Both the position numbers and the translations under genes were made by a program. From the human T2T-CHM13v2.0 reference genome, Homo sapiens: a stretch of DNA of 64,000 nt. The notes beneath the pieces were generated by a model, which saw only the letters and a program-made list of their open reading frames with translations, had not been told where the DNA came from and did not search any database. The stretch is from NCBI RefSeq assembly GCF_009914755.1, contig NC_060933.1. One strand, written 5' to 3'. Below, piece by piece: positions 22,390 through 35,680 of this stretch. Positions within the stretch are counted from its first letter, which is position 1. Every line of letters starts with the position of its first letter.

Positions 22390-24540
22390 AAGCTGCTAAT
22401 TGTGCCCTAATAATAATTTCTTCTTCAATAAAAGCCTCTTGAATTCAGCCTGTTGAATTTTGGCTGTGTACTGCCATCTAGGATAAAGACTACCTTTCCT
22501 AACCTGTCTTGCAGCACAGTGTATCCATATGATTAAGTTCTGGCCAACTGTTTGTAAGTCAGAGTAGTGCATGAAATTTTGAGGAGGTATACTTAGAGGG
22601 AAAGGGCATTCTTTTGTTTTTCTTGCTGGAATGTTGATGTGATGATTGGAGCTGGAGCAGCCATTTTGGACTATGATGTAGAAGCTCTGTGTTGAGGACA
22701 GTGGAGTGACCAGATTGGAGGAAACTGGGTCCCCAGTGAGTGGTACCAGCTCTGGGCTGCTGGTGTTTATGTGAGACAGAAATAAACCGTTTTGCTTGAA
22801 CCACCTTTACTTTGACTTTCAGATTCAGAATTTGATACCTGAAGACAAAATGCTGCAAATAGTATCTAAAATGTGGCAGTGGCTTAGTGGAATTGGTGGG
22901 CCAGCAGATGGCAAAGATACAAATATTGCCTTTTGTGTAATGGCTAAACATTGATGAAATTGTTATCTGCTACTGGGAATGTGGAAGGTGGACTACATTC
23001 AGACTGAGGCCACACACAGCAAGAGAAAATGGTGGGAGGATGCAAGAAGTGTGAATGTTGCTCCTTGTTGCTTTTCACAGTCCTATACATGAGATGAACT
23101 GGGGCTACAGCCAGCCAGCTTGCAGAGATGGGAGGTGTTACAGTTGATGTTTGTCTTCTCCAAATCTCATGTTGAAACGCATTCCCCAAAGTTGGAGGTG
23201 GGGCCTAATGGGAGGTGTTTGGGTCATAAAGGTAAATCCCTCATGAATAATGTCCTCCCTGAGGATGGGGTGAGTTCTCACTCTCTTCATTTCGGTAAGA
23301 GCAGGTTGTTAAAAAAAGCCTGGTCCTTCTCCCCGCTCTCTCTTGCTTCCTGTCTCATCATGTGATCTGCACACACTCACTCCCCTTTGCCTTTCACCAT
23401 GAGTGGAAGAGGCCTGAGGCCCTCACCAGAAGCAGATGTGGGTGCCATGCTTTTTGTACAGTCTGCAGAACTGAGGCAAATAAACCTCTTTTCTTTATAA
23501 ATTGCCCAGCCTCAGGTATTCCTGCATAGCAACAGTAAGCAGGCTAAGACAGGAGGGAATCTTGCTTTGCTCAGAGAGGTGCTGTCAATAGCTGCACTCA
23601 AAGTTGATTAAAGTCTTGAAGCACTGAAAATGACAACTGCTTTTGTCCTTCAAACTGCAGCTATTAAGCGCAGTGGCCTTGAAGTGGCAGTCTTAGTGCA
23701 GATAAGGCTTCTCTGCCAGAAAATGCAAACCAGGTTGCTTCAAAGACCAGACTAAGGGTGTTGCTCCCACCCATGCTTCTCTTTTAGGCAGCCTCAAGGC
23801 AACCACGTTTATGTCGAAGAGGCAGAAGCAGAGCAGATCTTCCGCTGTGAGTAGCTGATGGATTCTATTGTCTAAGAAATGCATGCCTGGTCTTCCTGAA
23901 CCATGAAAGTAACCCTGGGGACTCCCCCAAAACTGCCCAAGGAGTAAGCAGCCTATAGAAGCTGTGGTGGACCAGGTGCGGTGCCTCATGCCTGTAATCC
24001 CAGCACTTTGGGAATGCCAACATGGGAGGATCACTTGAGCCCAGAATTTTGGGACCAACCTGGTCAACTCAGCAAGATCCTACACTCCAGCCTGGGCAAC
24101 AGAGCAGATTCTATGTCACAGAAGAAGGGCAGCCAAAGGGTTGAGCGATGGCAGAGAGCACTAATTGTCCCTCAAACCTATTATTTTGTTTCTCAGATAG
24201 AAGCCCTGAATTGGTTAGGCACATGGTTTCCTGGAATAAAAATGACCTTCCCTCTACTCTCTTCCTTGCAGTAGGTATGGCCCTGTGACAAAGTTCTGAT
24301 CAACAGGATGTACAATACCCAGGTGGCACCTCCTCCAGGGAGGGATCATGCTTTTCTCCTCCCCTTGCCTCCCTCCTACTAGCTGGAATGTGATGGAGCT
24401 GTAGACTGAGGATGGCCGAGCAACAAGTGGGGAGGAATGTGGGACCCTGGTGACCATGAAGCCACCCTGGCAGCCCTGCAGGACAAAAGGTGAACTTGTA
24501 CTATGTGAAAGCTACTCGTCAGGATGGTGGAACCTAATTT
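22390..24540 (+). mobile_element. Old MaLR (MLT1-type) provirus remnant LTR-int-LTR with nested insertions
   Basis: Similar LTRs at ~22390-22830 and ~24146-24540; int start (aatttgatacc...aaatgtggcagtggc); PPT-like agccaaagggttgag before the 3' LTR. Confidence 0.6.
23136..23551 (+). mobile_element. MaLR MST-type solo LTR with 5-bp TSD GGAGG
   Basis: tgtta...caaatctcatgttgaaa...ggaggtggggcc...cccagcctcaggtatt...ctaagaca. Confidence 0.88.
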
Positions 24541-24564
24541 GGGTATAGAATTTGCCACACCAGG

Positions 24565-24917
24565 TGATATAATTTTGCTGTGTCCCCCACCCAAATCTCA
24601 CCTTGGATTGTAATAATCCCCACGTCAAGAGTGGAGCCAGGGGGAGACAACTGAATCATGGGGGAGGTTTCCCCCATACTGTTCTCGTGGTGGTGAAAAA
24701 GTCTCATGAGATCGGATGGCTTTATAAATGGGAGTTCCCCTGCACAAGCTCTCCTGCCCGCCACCATGTAAGACGTGACTTTGCTTCTCATTCGCCTTCC
24801 ACCATGATTGTGAGGCCTCCCCCAGCCCCGTGGAATTGAGTCCATTGAACCTCTTTCTTTCATAAATTACCCAGTCTCAGGTATGTCTTTATTAGCAGCA
24901 TGAGAATGGACTAATAC
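24565..24917 (+). mobile_element. THE1-type solo LTR with 5-bp TSD CCAGG
   Basis: tgatata...ctgtgtccccacccaaatctcaccttg...ccagtctcaggtatgtctttattagcagcatgagaatggactaatac. Confidence 0.92.
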
Positions 24918-25111
24918 CCCAGGACAAGGCCAAGATGGGAGTTCATGCTCCTGACCAGAGGGAAGGTGGAGATGAGCAGAGAGCACTCTCCTCCAAAAGA
25001 GTTGATTTCTAAATGAAAGGAAAAAGCAAACACAAATAAGAAAAGATTTGCAGAAATCAATTAGAATAAAAATGTCAACAGACAATAACAGTGTTGCATA
25101 GCTTGAACATT

Positions 25112-25119
25112 TTTATATT
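25112..25119 (-). terminator. PTPN3: Distal variant polyadenylation signal (AATATA/TATAAA)
   Basis: Minus strand cAATATAAAaatgttcaagctatgcaaca, then GU/U-rich tgttattgtctgttgacattttt. Confidence 0.6.
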
Positions 25120-26672
25120 GATTAAATTGTTTTTCAGTAGAATCACTGACAGAACAGGTCAGAATGAAAAACATTCCAAATATACAGAAAAAAGATTACT
25201 GCTCAGTTAAGGTCCTTTTCCAAATAACTTCACACAAATCCTTTGGTTGCTCCAAACAGAATGAGAGCTATGAGAATGGTGGCCCAGCCCGGCCATCAGA
25301 CTCCCAAGCATTTGGTCCCCGGTCTGAGGTCACAGAATCTTTGCCACCTTTACCGAGACTGCTCTCAGCTGAGGACAACAGGCAAGAACCAGAAGGTGGC
25401 CATCCTTGTCTTTGCATTCAACAGCGCCAAAGTCTGAGGGACAAACTCTTGGTGACAAGTCTCAGAAATGTGACATGTCTCTGTAGCAGCCATAAAGCTT
25501 TGGTTTAGGATTAATTTTGATTCTCTGGAATATCAGCCTCCCAGAATGGCAAATCTTGACCTCATCTAGTCCAGCCCAACCTTCCCTTTTTACATATAAG
25601 AAAACTCAGGGTTGAGGGCAACATATCTTGCCTAAGTCCAGGTCTAGACCCAAGCCCTGCCTCTCACAATCTTTCCCCATTTCTGCTGCCTCTTTGTTGC
25701 CTCTGGAGGATGAAGAGGGCTTTTTCGCTTGCCCTCAAATGCTCATTTCTGAGGTACCCCCCCCAGAAAAAGGTCAGGTAGCAACACAGCAGCAATAGTA
25801 TCCACACTAATCTAAAAGCATATTTAAATATGAATTACTGTGGTAGGAAACGAAAGACAACTGTGTGATCCAACCACTGCCCCCTAACCAAAGTTGCATT
25901 TTTTTCTTCTGGAAAGTCAAAACACCAAGTGCAGGTTCTAGAGGGTGACACCAGCAGGGATCTCTCATCTTGATTAAATTGGCACATCAACATGTTTAAT
26001 TAGATCTTTCAGAAAGTGCCAGAACATAGGATGTAAATGTCTTCTCCATTCATATGCAGCCAAATTTCCCAGGCAAAATACTTATCCTGATTCTGATGTA
26101 GTTCTTCACTTAGGACTAAAAAAAGGCTTAAGTATAATTGCTTAAGTGTATAAGGTGGTGAAACAGGAATCTTGAGCTACGGATTTTAAGTGGTAATAGC
26201 TACAGGATTTACTTGAATTGTTTGCTCTTTTAGGTAATTCTCTTGTCTTGTTCTTCCCAGTATTTCCTGGATTTGTTCCTGGCAACCTCGCTGGGTCTGA
26301 ACTGCTGGCCTGCCCAGTGGCAGAAGACTGCTTGCAACCTTTGGTAGGCTTTTTAGAAATTTATGTGACCGTAATGGCTGCATTTCTGCAACCATAATAA
26401 ACAATTTGTTTTTGGAAAAAAGCAGTAAAACACCCATCTCCAAAGACATTTAGACTACTTTGCAAGCATTTTGCACACAGGGTGATGATGCATTTTTACC
26501 AAACAGTAATAACTTGCTAAATATCCTAATGGCATTTAAATTTTTGCCAGCGTTCCCTCCATCCCCCTTTCTTGGAGCTTGCTGAATTTTTGTGAGTCCA
26601 GATTATTTTGTGCTCTTGTTCTCTCTCTTCTAGAAGAGCATTTTCTATTTTCCTCTCATAAAAACCCAGTTA

Positions 26673-27005
<333 letters not shown>

Positions 27006-27647
27006 GAGAGACAAAAATCCAGTGGATTCTATTTTTGACTGATGTGTTTTTGGGCTAATCACTGATAACTAAACTTTTCTAAGTAACTCACCCACAGCAG
27101 TGTCTGTTGCTGTTCTAGCCGATAAAAAGTCACATGAATAGCGTGATCTTATTCAATCCTCATGTTCCAACTAAAGTCCTAAGTATTGTTTCTATTTTAC
27201 AGATAATGAAAGAGAGGTAGAGCTTCTAAGCAACCAGGCCCGCAAGTAGTTAGTGCTGAGTGGGCGTAGGAACTGAATCCCCTGCCCCTTAGCTGCAAAC
27301 TTTCTGGTGGTTTCTTGTTTTCAATATGGGGTTATGGTACTGTGTGACATCTCCCTCCCACCTCTGCCATTTAGCAGTAAAATATCCATGTGGAAAAGAA
27401 ACAAAGTATGCAAGTAAATATGCTAGCTCTAGAGATAAAGAATCTCCCATATAGGTCTTCATCCGTCTTGCTACCAGCAAACTATTCAATTGGCACCGAA
27501 TTTGCTGAATATCAAAATGGCTTCATTTATGTGCATTATAATATGAAAACATCTTTTCTATAAATACCATTAAGAACCTGGCTTTACTTCCTCTTCTGAG
27601 TACATAAAAACCGCTGTTCAAAAATACCACATTAAATGTTTACACAA

Positions 27648-27653
27648 TTTATT
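27648..27653 (-). terminator. PTPN3: Proximal polyadenylation signal AATAAA
   Basis: Minus strand reads AATAAA ttgtgtaaacatttaatgtggtattttt...gtttttatgta, i.e. a U/GU-rich downstream element in an AU-rich context. Confidence 0.75.
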
Positions 27654-28112
27654 TTCCTTAAATAATAATTTGCTACAATCCTGTCACAAATTTAAAAAAA
27701 TTTAACACGGTATTCACAAAGGCAGAATTCTTTAGGACAATCAAAATGATGGTGTTCTTAGAATAAATTAACATCAGATTGTGTTTATATTCAGATAGTC
27801 TGATCCTCTCCTTTGAAATGCAATGGAGACCATTGTGACTGGGGGTGAATGCACACATTTGTTCTTCCATACAGAGACTCATTCTTTATATATACTCAAC
27901 GGTAATTTGAATCGTTAGGAATCCTGAGAAACACTCACCCCTGGGCACACACATGTACACAGCCCCACGGCCAACCCTCCAGAAGCTGGGTTTCCCATGG
28001 TTCAATTACTAGAAGCTCTTTTCTCAGAAGGCCAAACATTCGGAATATTTAGATGACACTGTCCCATCTCCCCTTGGGAAAATCATAAGGTTTCAAGTGG
28101 AGGAGCTTGAAG

Positions 28113-28120
28113 TAGCAGCA
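28113..28120 (-). promoter_or_regulatory. miR-15/16/195/497 family 8mer site (TGCTGCTA) in 3' UTR
   Basis: Exact complement to seed AGCAGCA plus A1. Confidence 0.55.
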
Positions 28121-28770
28121 ATACATGTAGGAGATTCAGTAGTCGGTGATTCCAGTCCTGGGTGCTGAGTGTGCAGTAGGAGGCAAGCAGAGGCAAGAGA
28201 CACACCTGCTTCTACAACTAAGCCACAAGATGACCAGAACACACTGAGAGTACCAGTTCTCAGAGCCTCAGCTGAAAATTCACCTGAATGCACATTACTA
28301 ATCCAGGTTAGGCACCAAGAGGGAACCTGAAGAGGGACACAATTCTCAGAAACATGAATATTGGAAGTCGCTGGGAGATGGGACAAAGGGAGGGAGGGCA
28401 GAGAGGTGTTGCTCAGCCTTCAGCCTGACCCCCAGTGCCCTGCCATCTAGTACATACGTCAGGGTTTCCTTAGCATCAGGGCGGGTGAATCTGAATTGTT
28501 CCAGCTCCACCTAGAAGCACAGAAAGCTCAGCCCTTACAGTCTGACACACAGAAACAAACAAAACATCCAAATGACCCAAGATAACCACACCATCTTGTT
28601 GCTGGGAGGACAACAGCTCTGTGGGTGTCCGGTCTCAATTGCTCCAGGATGCCGACAGGGGTGTGTGTGGTGATGTTAGGGAAGAAGGCATTAGGACAGG
28701 CCCCAAACTGAGATCCTTTTTGTATCTTTCCATAGAAATACAGGCCTAAATGATGCCATAATTGCATGCT

Positions 28771-28794
28771 TATCTACACCAGTTCCTATGTACA
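28771..28794 (-). promoter_or_regulatory. Tandem Pumilio response elements (TGTACATA and TGTAGATA)
   Basis: Matches to UGUANAUA at 28787-28794 and 28771-28778 on the transcript strand. Confidence 0.45.
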
Positions 28795-28816
28795 CGATAT
28801 CTTTTCTATAGAAGTT

Positions 28817-28824
28817 TAAAGTGC
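28817..28824 (-). promoter_or_regulatory. miR-17/20/93/106 family 8mer site (GCACTTTA) in 3' UTR
   Basis: Exact complement to seed AAAGUGC plus A1. Confidence 0.55.
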
Positions 28825-28951
28825 CTGGGTTCAGAGGTGCCCATTCCTTTCCCACAGCTACTGGTTCCTCTTGCTGCTTCCAGAGAGGTCTGTCCTCCTC
28901 TTTCAAGGAGGATGCCCTTGGGAAAGAGGAATGAACTTTTTCACAGTTGTC

Positions 28952-29029
28952 TTAACTAGGATCCAGCATTTGGACTAAACCTTCTTCATACACACGAAGA
29001 ATCGCTTCACACACAAACTTGTACTGGCT
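28952..29029 (-). CDS. PTPN3: PTPN3 last exon (26), coding part ([25 protein letters not shown]), 78 nt including TAA
   Basis: ttttccag|AGC; stop TAA at 28952-28954; matches the PTPH1 C-terminus. Confidence 0.98.
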
Positions 29030-29606
29030 CTGGAAAAGAAAAAAATGCTGTCAAGTCCTGTAGCTCCAGGAAATGCTGCCTACCACACCCTGTACCGGTG
29101 GGTCTTTTGCAGCATTTGTAAATATTCCCTGAGCGCCAACTCTGGGCCACAGGCCAGGTACACCTGTGAAGCCCTAGTTCCTATATGATGCGGGGAGGGG
29201 GCACTCCCAGAGAGGGGTGGGCAAAGTGTCATGGAGACATGACAGAGGGAGAAACTGGCGGTCTGGGGGAGGTGGGAAGGAGCAAAAGTCCCTGCGGGAC
29301 AGCCCTTCTTGTAAGTGGAAGTGTGGAAGCCTCAGTAAGAGCCCATTTTGAGAAACGGGGTCAGGGAGCCTGCTCCTGGACTCAACACCTAGGCATGTGG
29401 AGGAGGAGGGGCTGCACAGGTGGGCTGGGACCTGGTTGTGGGCACCTTGTGTTGGGGTAAGGAGTCTGGATTGTGTTTTACAAAGCAGAGCCACTGAAAG
29501 ATGCTCTGCAGGATACAGTTATTTATCTTAGCAAATACCTAAGAAACATATTGTAGCAAAGTATACAGGGGGGATAAAAGCATTTAGACTGAGCTTCTCC
29601 AGCTAG

Positions 29607-29950
<344 letters not shown>

Positions 29951-31047
29951 TTCCAGCTGGGAAAATCTACCAGGATGATGGACTTTTTTCTTTTTAACCA
30001 GCCACGAGGTCTTCCATACCAAAAAACAGGGCAGAGAATGGCCCTAATAACATAAGCTGATTTTTTTTCTCTTAACAAGATTTTCTGGGTACAAACTAAT
30101 ATAAAACTACCAAAGCTTAAAAATTTATTAGGGAAATCTTATAAACTTTGTCCACAGCCTGTGAAGAGACAGAGCTGGTTGGAACATATAGTTCCTGCTC
30201 CTTTCTTTGCTAACTCCTCATGTACCCTGGGGGTTTTTACCAGAGAAGACACTTCTCCAGGAAGCCTTCCTAGACTTTCCAAATCCTGCTTTAGATACTC
30301 TTCCACCATGTTCTCAGACAGCCCTGAACTTCCCTCACCGCTGCTGACACTTAGCATAGACTAATCCAGTTCTCCTACTAGATACAAGCCTGTCTCTGCA
30401 CCATTCTTTGTCAAATGAATGAATGAATGAATGTGGGATGGTCCCCATTTTGCACAGGGAAGCTGAAGCTTGGAGAGAGGTTCAGGACTTATGCAAAGGT
30501 TGTTCCATTTGTGGTGGGACCTTAATCATGCTCTTTCCACACCGCTTCACTGCCCCGCTTGCAGTTCCAGGGGAAATCCCCAAGAGTTATCCCCTAGAGT
30601 TCCTCTTGAGGACAAGAGGATGTTGCACATGACCCTACTTTGAGCTCTGGCCTGCCCGTGGAGGACACAGCAGGTACTCAGGCACCACACGGGTGGAACA
30701 GAGCTCAAAGTAGGGTCATATGCAACATCCACTGAGCCAAAAGGAGTACCCAGGTCTAGGTGGGTCGGTGCGGGGGAGGATAATGGACAAATGATTGTTC
30801 AACGATACAGAATGCAACCAGGGCTGCTCCCTGACAGACGGGCTGGCAGGAAATAAACCACAGAGGCAGCAGAGCTCAGAGGTGAGATGGGTGTGGGCTG
30901 TAGCCACTGACAAGCTCTGTGACCTTGGGCAAGTGATTCAGTCCCCCTGAGCTGCAGTCTGTTGACTCACAAAGCCCTTCTCTCAGGCCTGCCTGGTGTA
31001 AGTGCTCAGAAAGTGCCAGCCACCGTAATTACTGGATTTCTACTCAC

Positions 31048-31183
31048 TGATGTCTGCACCATCATGGCGCGCTGGTCTCGCATTTTTCGGACAATATCCA
31101 GTGGGTAAATGGGCAGGTTCCTCTCAGTTAGGCACATGGCTGTTTCCATAGTGACCAACACACCGGTTCGACCTATTCCAGCA
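31048..31183 (-). CDS. PTPN3: PTPN3 coding exon 25 ([46 protein letters not shown]), 136 nt
   Basis: tccag|T GCT ... TCA|gtgagt; completes the HCSAGIGRT P-loop and the MVQT Q-loop. Confidence 0.98.
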
Positions 31184-31697
31184 CTGGAGAGGGGAGAGAA
31201 GACAGACTTGGGATTTGTCTGAGTAGCCTTTCTGCATGGCCCAGCGAGCAGTTCCCCGCTGACTCCAAAGGGGCTTTCCTCCCTTGGCCTTCGAGAAGAC
31301 AAAACGCACACTCACGGCGTGCTCTCAAACAGGCTGAGACAGCCTGTCCTCACACATCTGAGACTGGGGGCTAGCAGGCAGTGGAAAGAGGGCCACTGTG
31401 AAGTGCCAAACCTATTCCCTTTCTCACTCACACCTATGACGAAGGTCAGCTGACAGAAGGACAGGAGAAAGGGTGTGTGAGGGGATTTTCTTCTTCAGTT
31501 CTGTGCTACATTCACAAAGTTAGGATTTCATAAAATTCCAAAAAACTTTTGAAATGGTGAAGAACCACAGTCAACAGAGGTTTGTAAGGGCACACGACTT
31601 TGTGGGATGTAGGGTGGGTCTGGCGCCTGCCAATTGTCTCCAGGCCTTTTCCGACAGGGAAAGGATTCCAAACCTAACAAAACAGCAAGCGCCATAC

Positions 31698-31843
31698 CTG
31701 CAGTGAACTAGGACGGGCTCGCTGTCCACTCTCAGAGACCTCACATAGTTTACAAATTCCAGAAAGTCGGAGGAGTCATCGGGCACACCGTGGTCAGGCC
31801 ATGCGACGTACTGGAGATGTGTCACTGTGTGTTCTTCCCCGGT
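31698..31843 (-). CDS. PTPN3: PTPN3 coding exon 24 ([48 protein letters not shown]), 146 nt
   Basis: cacag|ACC ... TGC AG|gtatgg; WPD loop (D811), RVDSEP 14-3-3 motif, catalytic Cys (C842). Confidence 0.98.
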
Positions 31844-32154
31844 CTGTGGGAGATGCAGTGGCCTTGGTGAGCCCATCCAGGTGGTGAGCATGAGGACCCA
31901 GCCCCAACCCAGACACAGGGTGGCCCTGTCTCCTGATGCTTTCTCCCTCTGCGCACAGCCCTGCTGTGGCCCCTAGCAATTCCTCCCCTCCTTCCCCAAA
32001 GATCCCCATCCCCTCTCAGGCTCAGCCGTGGGCCTGTCCTGCAGGGCTGCCTTCCTTGATCACTTCTGCCCAGTGATCTCCTCTGCCCAGTGATCTCCTC
32101 CATTTGCTGCTATGGTACTTGCCATTAGAGGCCACACATGCTGACTGTTTTTTT

Positions 32155-32660
32155 TTTTTTTTTTCAACTGTGGCAAAATATACTAACATGAGGCTTACCA
32201 CTGTAACCACATTTAAATGTACAGTTCAGCGGCATTGAGAATACTCGCAATGTTGTAGAGCCATCAGCACTACCTATTTCCAGAACTTTAAAATATCCCG
32301 CAAACATAAACCCTGCACCCATTATGCCATATGGCAAAATGTCCATAGATGTCCTTTCTCCTCCTTCCCCAAGCCCTTGGCAACCACCGTTCTACTTTCT
32401 GTCTCTATGAATTGGACGACTCTAGGCACTTCACAGAAGTTGAATCCTACAGTATGTGTCTTTCTATGTCTGGCTTATTTCACTTAGGATAATATGCTCA
32501 AGGTTCCCCAGTGTTGTAGCAGGGGTCAGAATCTCCTTCCTTTTAAAGGCTGAATCATATTCCATTGTATGGACAGACCACGTGCTGTTTATCCATTCCT
32601 CCATCGATGGACACTGGGCTGTTTGCACCTCGTGCCTGTTGTGACTAGGGCCACTGTGAA
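32155..32660 (-). mobile_element. L1MB-type 3' fragment
   Basis: tgtacagttcagcggcatt...ggcaaccaccgttctactttctgtctctatgaatt...ggctgaatcatattccattgtatgga. Confidence 0.8.
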
Positions 32661-32818
32661 CTCTGGGCCCTGGCTCTTTGATGGGCAGTCTTGCGCACTT
32701 ACTGACACGCTTGCCAGGTGCAAACAGAGTGCACACCTAGAAGCGTGACCACCTGGGATGACAGTGGCCGCTGATTCAGCACCTGCCCCTCCACCGTGCC
32801 CCTCAGGCTGCGGCTCAC

Positions 32819-32947
32819 CTGGGTGTTTGTGACCAGCATTTCTCGGGACACATAGGCGATGGTGCAGTCCTCTGACTGACACTGGATGTGAAAGCCGCCG
32901 TGGTTCATGACGTCGGGGGGATCTGGCCAGTACTGGTGACATTTGGT
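32819..32947 (-). CDS. PTPN3: PTPN3 coding exon 23 ([43 protein letters not shown]), 129 nt
   Basis: tacag|ACC ... CAG|gtgagc; KC--YWP motif. Confidence 0.98.
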
Positions 32948-35389
32948 CTGTAAGAAACCACCGAGAGTGAGTGAGCCCCGTCTGTGGGGTGTTCCTGCAA
33001 GCAGTTAACCCTGGACAGGTGGACGGGTTAGGCATCCTCTCATGCACACCCGAGAGCACTGATGGGAGAAAACAAACTCAGCCAAGTCCATCAGCTGTTT
33101 CTCAGGGCGGGGTGGGGGCAGCCTGCCAGGGACTAGGCCACAGGTCTCCGCTCAGCCCCAGGCTGCAGCCTGGAGGAGGAGGACGCAGCGTCTTCATCAC
33201 CAGGGGCCACTCGCTGGAAGAGCACCAGTGGCCTCAGATGCAGGACCTTAGCCTGTGAGCAACCTCTCTACCCTCCCAGACCCCAGCCCCTCAGGCCCCT
33301 CCCCACCTCCAACGGCCCCTCCTCCTGCACCCCTCCTCCACCATTCTCCCCACCCTTTTGAGGGGGAGGCCTCCAGGCACAGCAGTTAAGGGCACACATC
33401 TGGTGTCATACACAACTCCGCTGGGATCCTTTCCTCCTCCATTTGTCAGCCAGATGATGTCGAAACAGTTGCTTAACCTCTCTGATTTTCATGTTTTCCA
33501 CCGGGAAGATGGAGGTGGCTCCTGCCTCAACGCTGGTGAGGCGGCCGGCGTGGGTGTGCAGTACTTAGCCACTGTAGGGGGCAGGCGGGGGTGGCCATGA
33601 CTTCTGTTGCTGTCATGGGTTACATACCAGCTTGAGTAACAGTGATGAGTTTCCACAAAAACCCAGATTAAGGGACTCACAAATCGAGATGAATACCTTT
33701 CTCACTGGAGCAGCGTCTCTGAAGCCCTTGAAGGCTTTCTTAGGTGACGCCCTAAAGAGGTGATATCCCACACAGCAGACAAGGAATCCAGGGCTACTCG
33801 GGATTAAGTGACTTGCCCAAGGCCATGAGGTCACAGTGATGCAGTCCAGCACTCTTCCTATGGCACCCCAGTGTCTCTCAATATGGCTGTGCTGTCCGCA
33901 CAGACGGGCTGATCCCACCACCCTCCCCAGTTTCTATCCCTGCTTCTAAAACCTGCAACTTGTCCTGTAAGCCATCTTAGCACCTGCCTCTGGCTTCTAA
34001 GCAAACTTCAGGGCTAGGCTGTCCATCCCATCATAGATCCTTCTGTCAGTTAAATCCTAAGTCATTAAACAAGCATTTTCCCCTGAGCCTATATGTGGTT
34101 ATAGCAACTTAAGTAAAAAATACATTTGTTCATGGTGGAAAAGTGGTATAACCATAAGACATATGTAATTTGTTGGGAAACAGCCTCTCTATTCTTACTT
34201 TCAAATGTCACAGTGAATACTTGAAACTAAACTATGCCGCTGGAAAGCTGGAGTTAAGAATTTACTTGGAAACCTTAAACATGGGTAATTTTGGTTAGTA
34301 GCCATTCTGTGACTTTGCTTAGACATGACAGGTTAAGGGCTGTAGGGCCCAAGGCAGAGTTGACAGACACAAGCCCTCTCTCACCTCCTCATCTGCATAG
34401 GAAGGATAAATCCCTGTCCTGTAGGCTCCCAATGGTCCTGCCCACAGGGTAATTGCAGAGAAGATATTCTCTGATGAGATCAACCCATGCAAGGCAGAAC
34501 TACCAATATCTGTACTGCCAGAGAGACTCCCCTTATTCCACAGTGAATCTGAGCAGTACTAGACTCTCTCTTTACCTCTGACCAAATACAGATTGCAGTT
34601 CAATTTGGATCTGGAAAAACTGGTGGTGTAGTGGAAAGAACAAGTCTGTGGAGATCCTGAGTTTCAACCCTGGTTAATAAATTCTACTAAACATATTTGG
34701 TTAGTGATCTCGGGCAAATTACTTAACTTCTTTGGGTCTCAGTCTCCACATTAATGCTGCTGCAGCGAGGGGCGATGATTCTGAAGCTTCATATCTTCAG
34801 AACGGTAGATGCTAAGCACTGAATGGTGCCTTTCATGAACATGGCTTTACCTTGGCTTCAAAACAACCCTATGAGGTAGGTACTATGATTGTCTCTGTTT
34901 TGCATATGAGTAAACTGAGGCTCAGAGAATGAATCAGTGTGTGTCAGATCACAGAGAGAGGAACTGGGGCAGAGCTGGAATGTCTCAACAGGCCTGTGAA
35001 CCCTTAGCCAGGCTGGTAATACTCTGGAATGACAAGAAAATGCACCTTCTTAGGGCTGTGGTTAAATTAAACAGTAACATATGCAAAGCTGAGCATATAA
35101 GAGAAGAAGCACTTCTGGAGAAGTTGTCAATGGACAACGAAGATCACTGAAGCTAGGAGGCTGGCAACATGCTGCTGGGGACGAGACCCTGGGCAGATGC
35201 TGCCAGAACTCAGAATGCTCTGTCCTCAGAGATTCACAAGCCTGAGTGGGGCCTGTTTCTCATTTCCAGTCCCCAGGTGTGGTTTCGAGAAGAGGCTTCA
35301 GGAAGGGAAAGCTGACCAGGGAGATGGTTTCTGAAAGGATGTGTCTTTCTGGACCAGAGGAAACAAGCCACAAGCTGGGTGGAAGACAA

Positions 35390-35680
35390 GCCATACGCCT
35401 GCTGTGAGTCCTGCTCTACTAAATGCATGATATGGGTGAACACAAATGGGACATACTGAAAATTTCAGCTCTCAGAGAAAGGGATAAATCTGCTCACTTG
35501 GAGTGACCGACTCCTAATCCAGAAGAACTGGTGGGCAGTGATGAAGATGAGATAGGAACTTAGGGATAAAGGGCTCGGGTCATCTGGTCATCCAAGGGTT
35601 TGTAACAGGAGAGGGAGGAAAAGGGAGGAAATATGCACCCTGGATTTCAGAAGAACAGGTTTCTAACGATGGATAACATG
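35390..35680 (+). mobile_element. CR1/L3 LINE relic, copy 1 of a local duplication
   Basis: Degenerate endonuclease-end motifs EELVG (gaagaactggtgggc) and LDFRR-GF (ctggatttcagaagaacaggtttc). Confidence 0.55.

Noticed and set aside
32589-33059. 156-aa ORF overlapping exon 23
   Set aside because: Alternative frame running into an L1 fragment; chance ORF in GC-rich DNA
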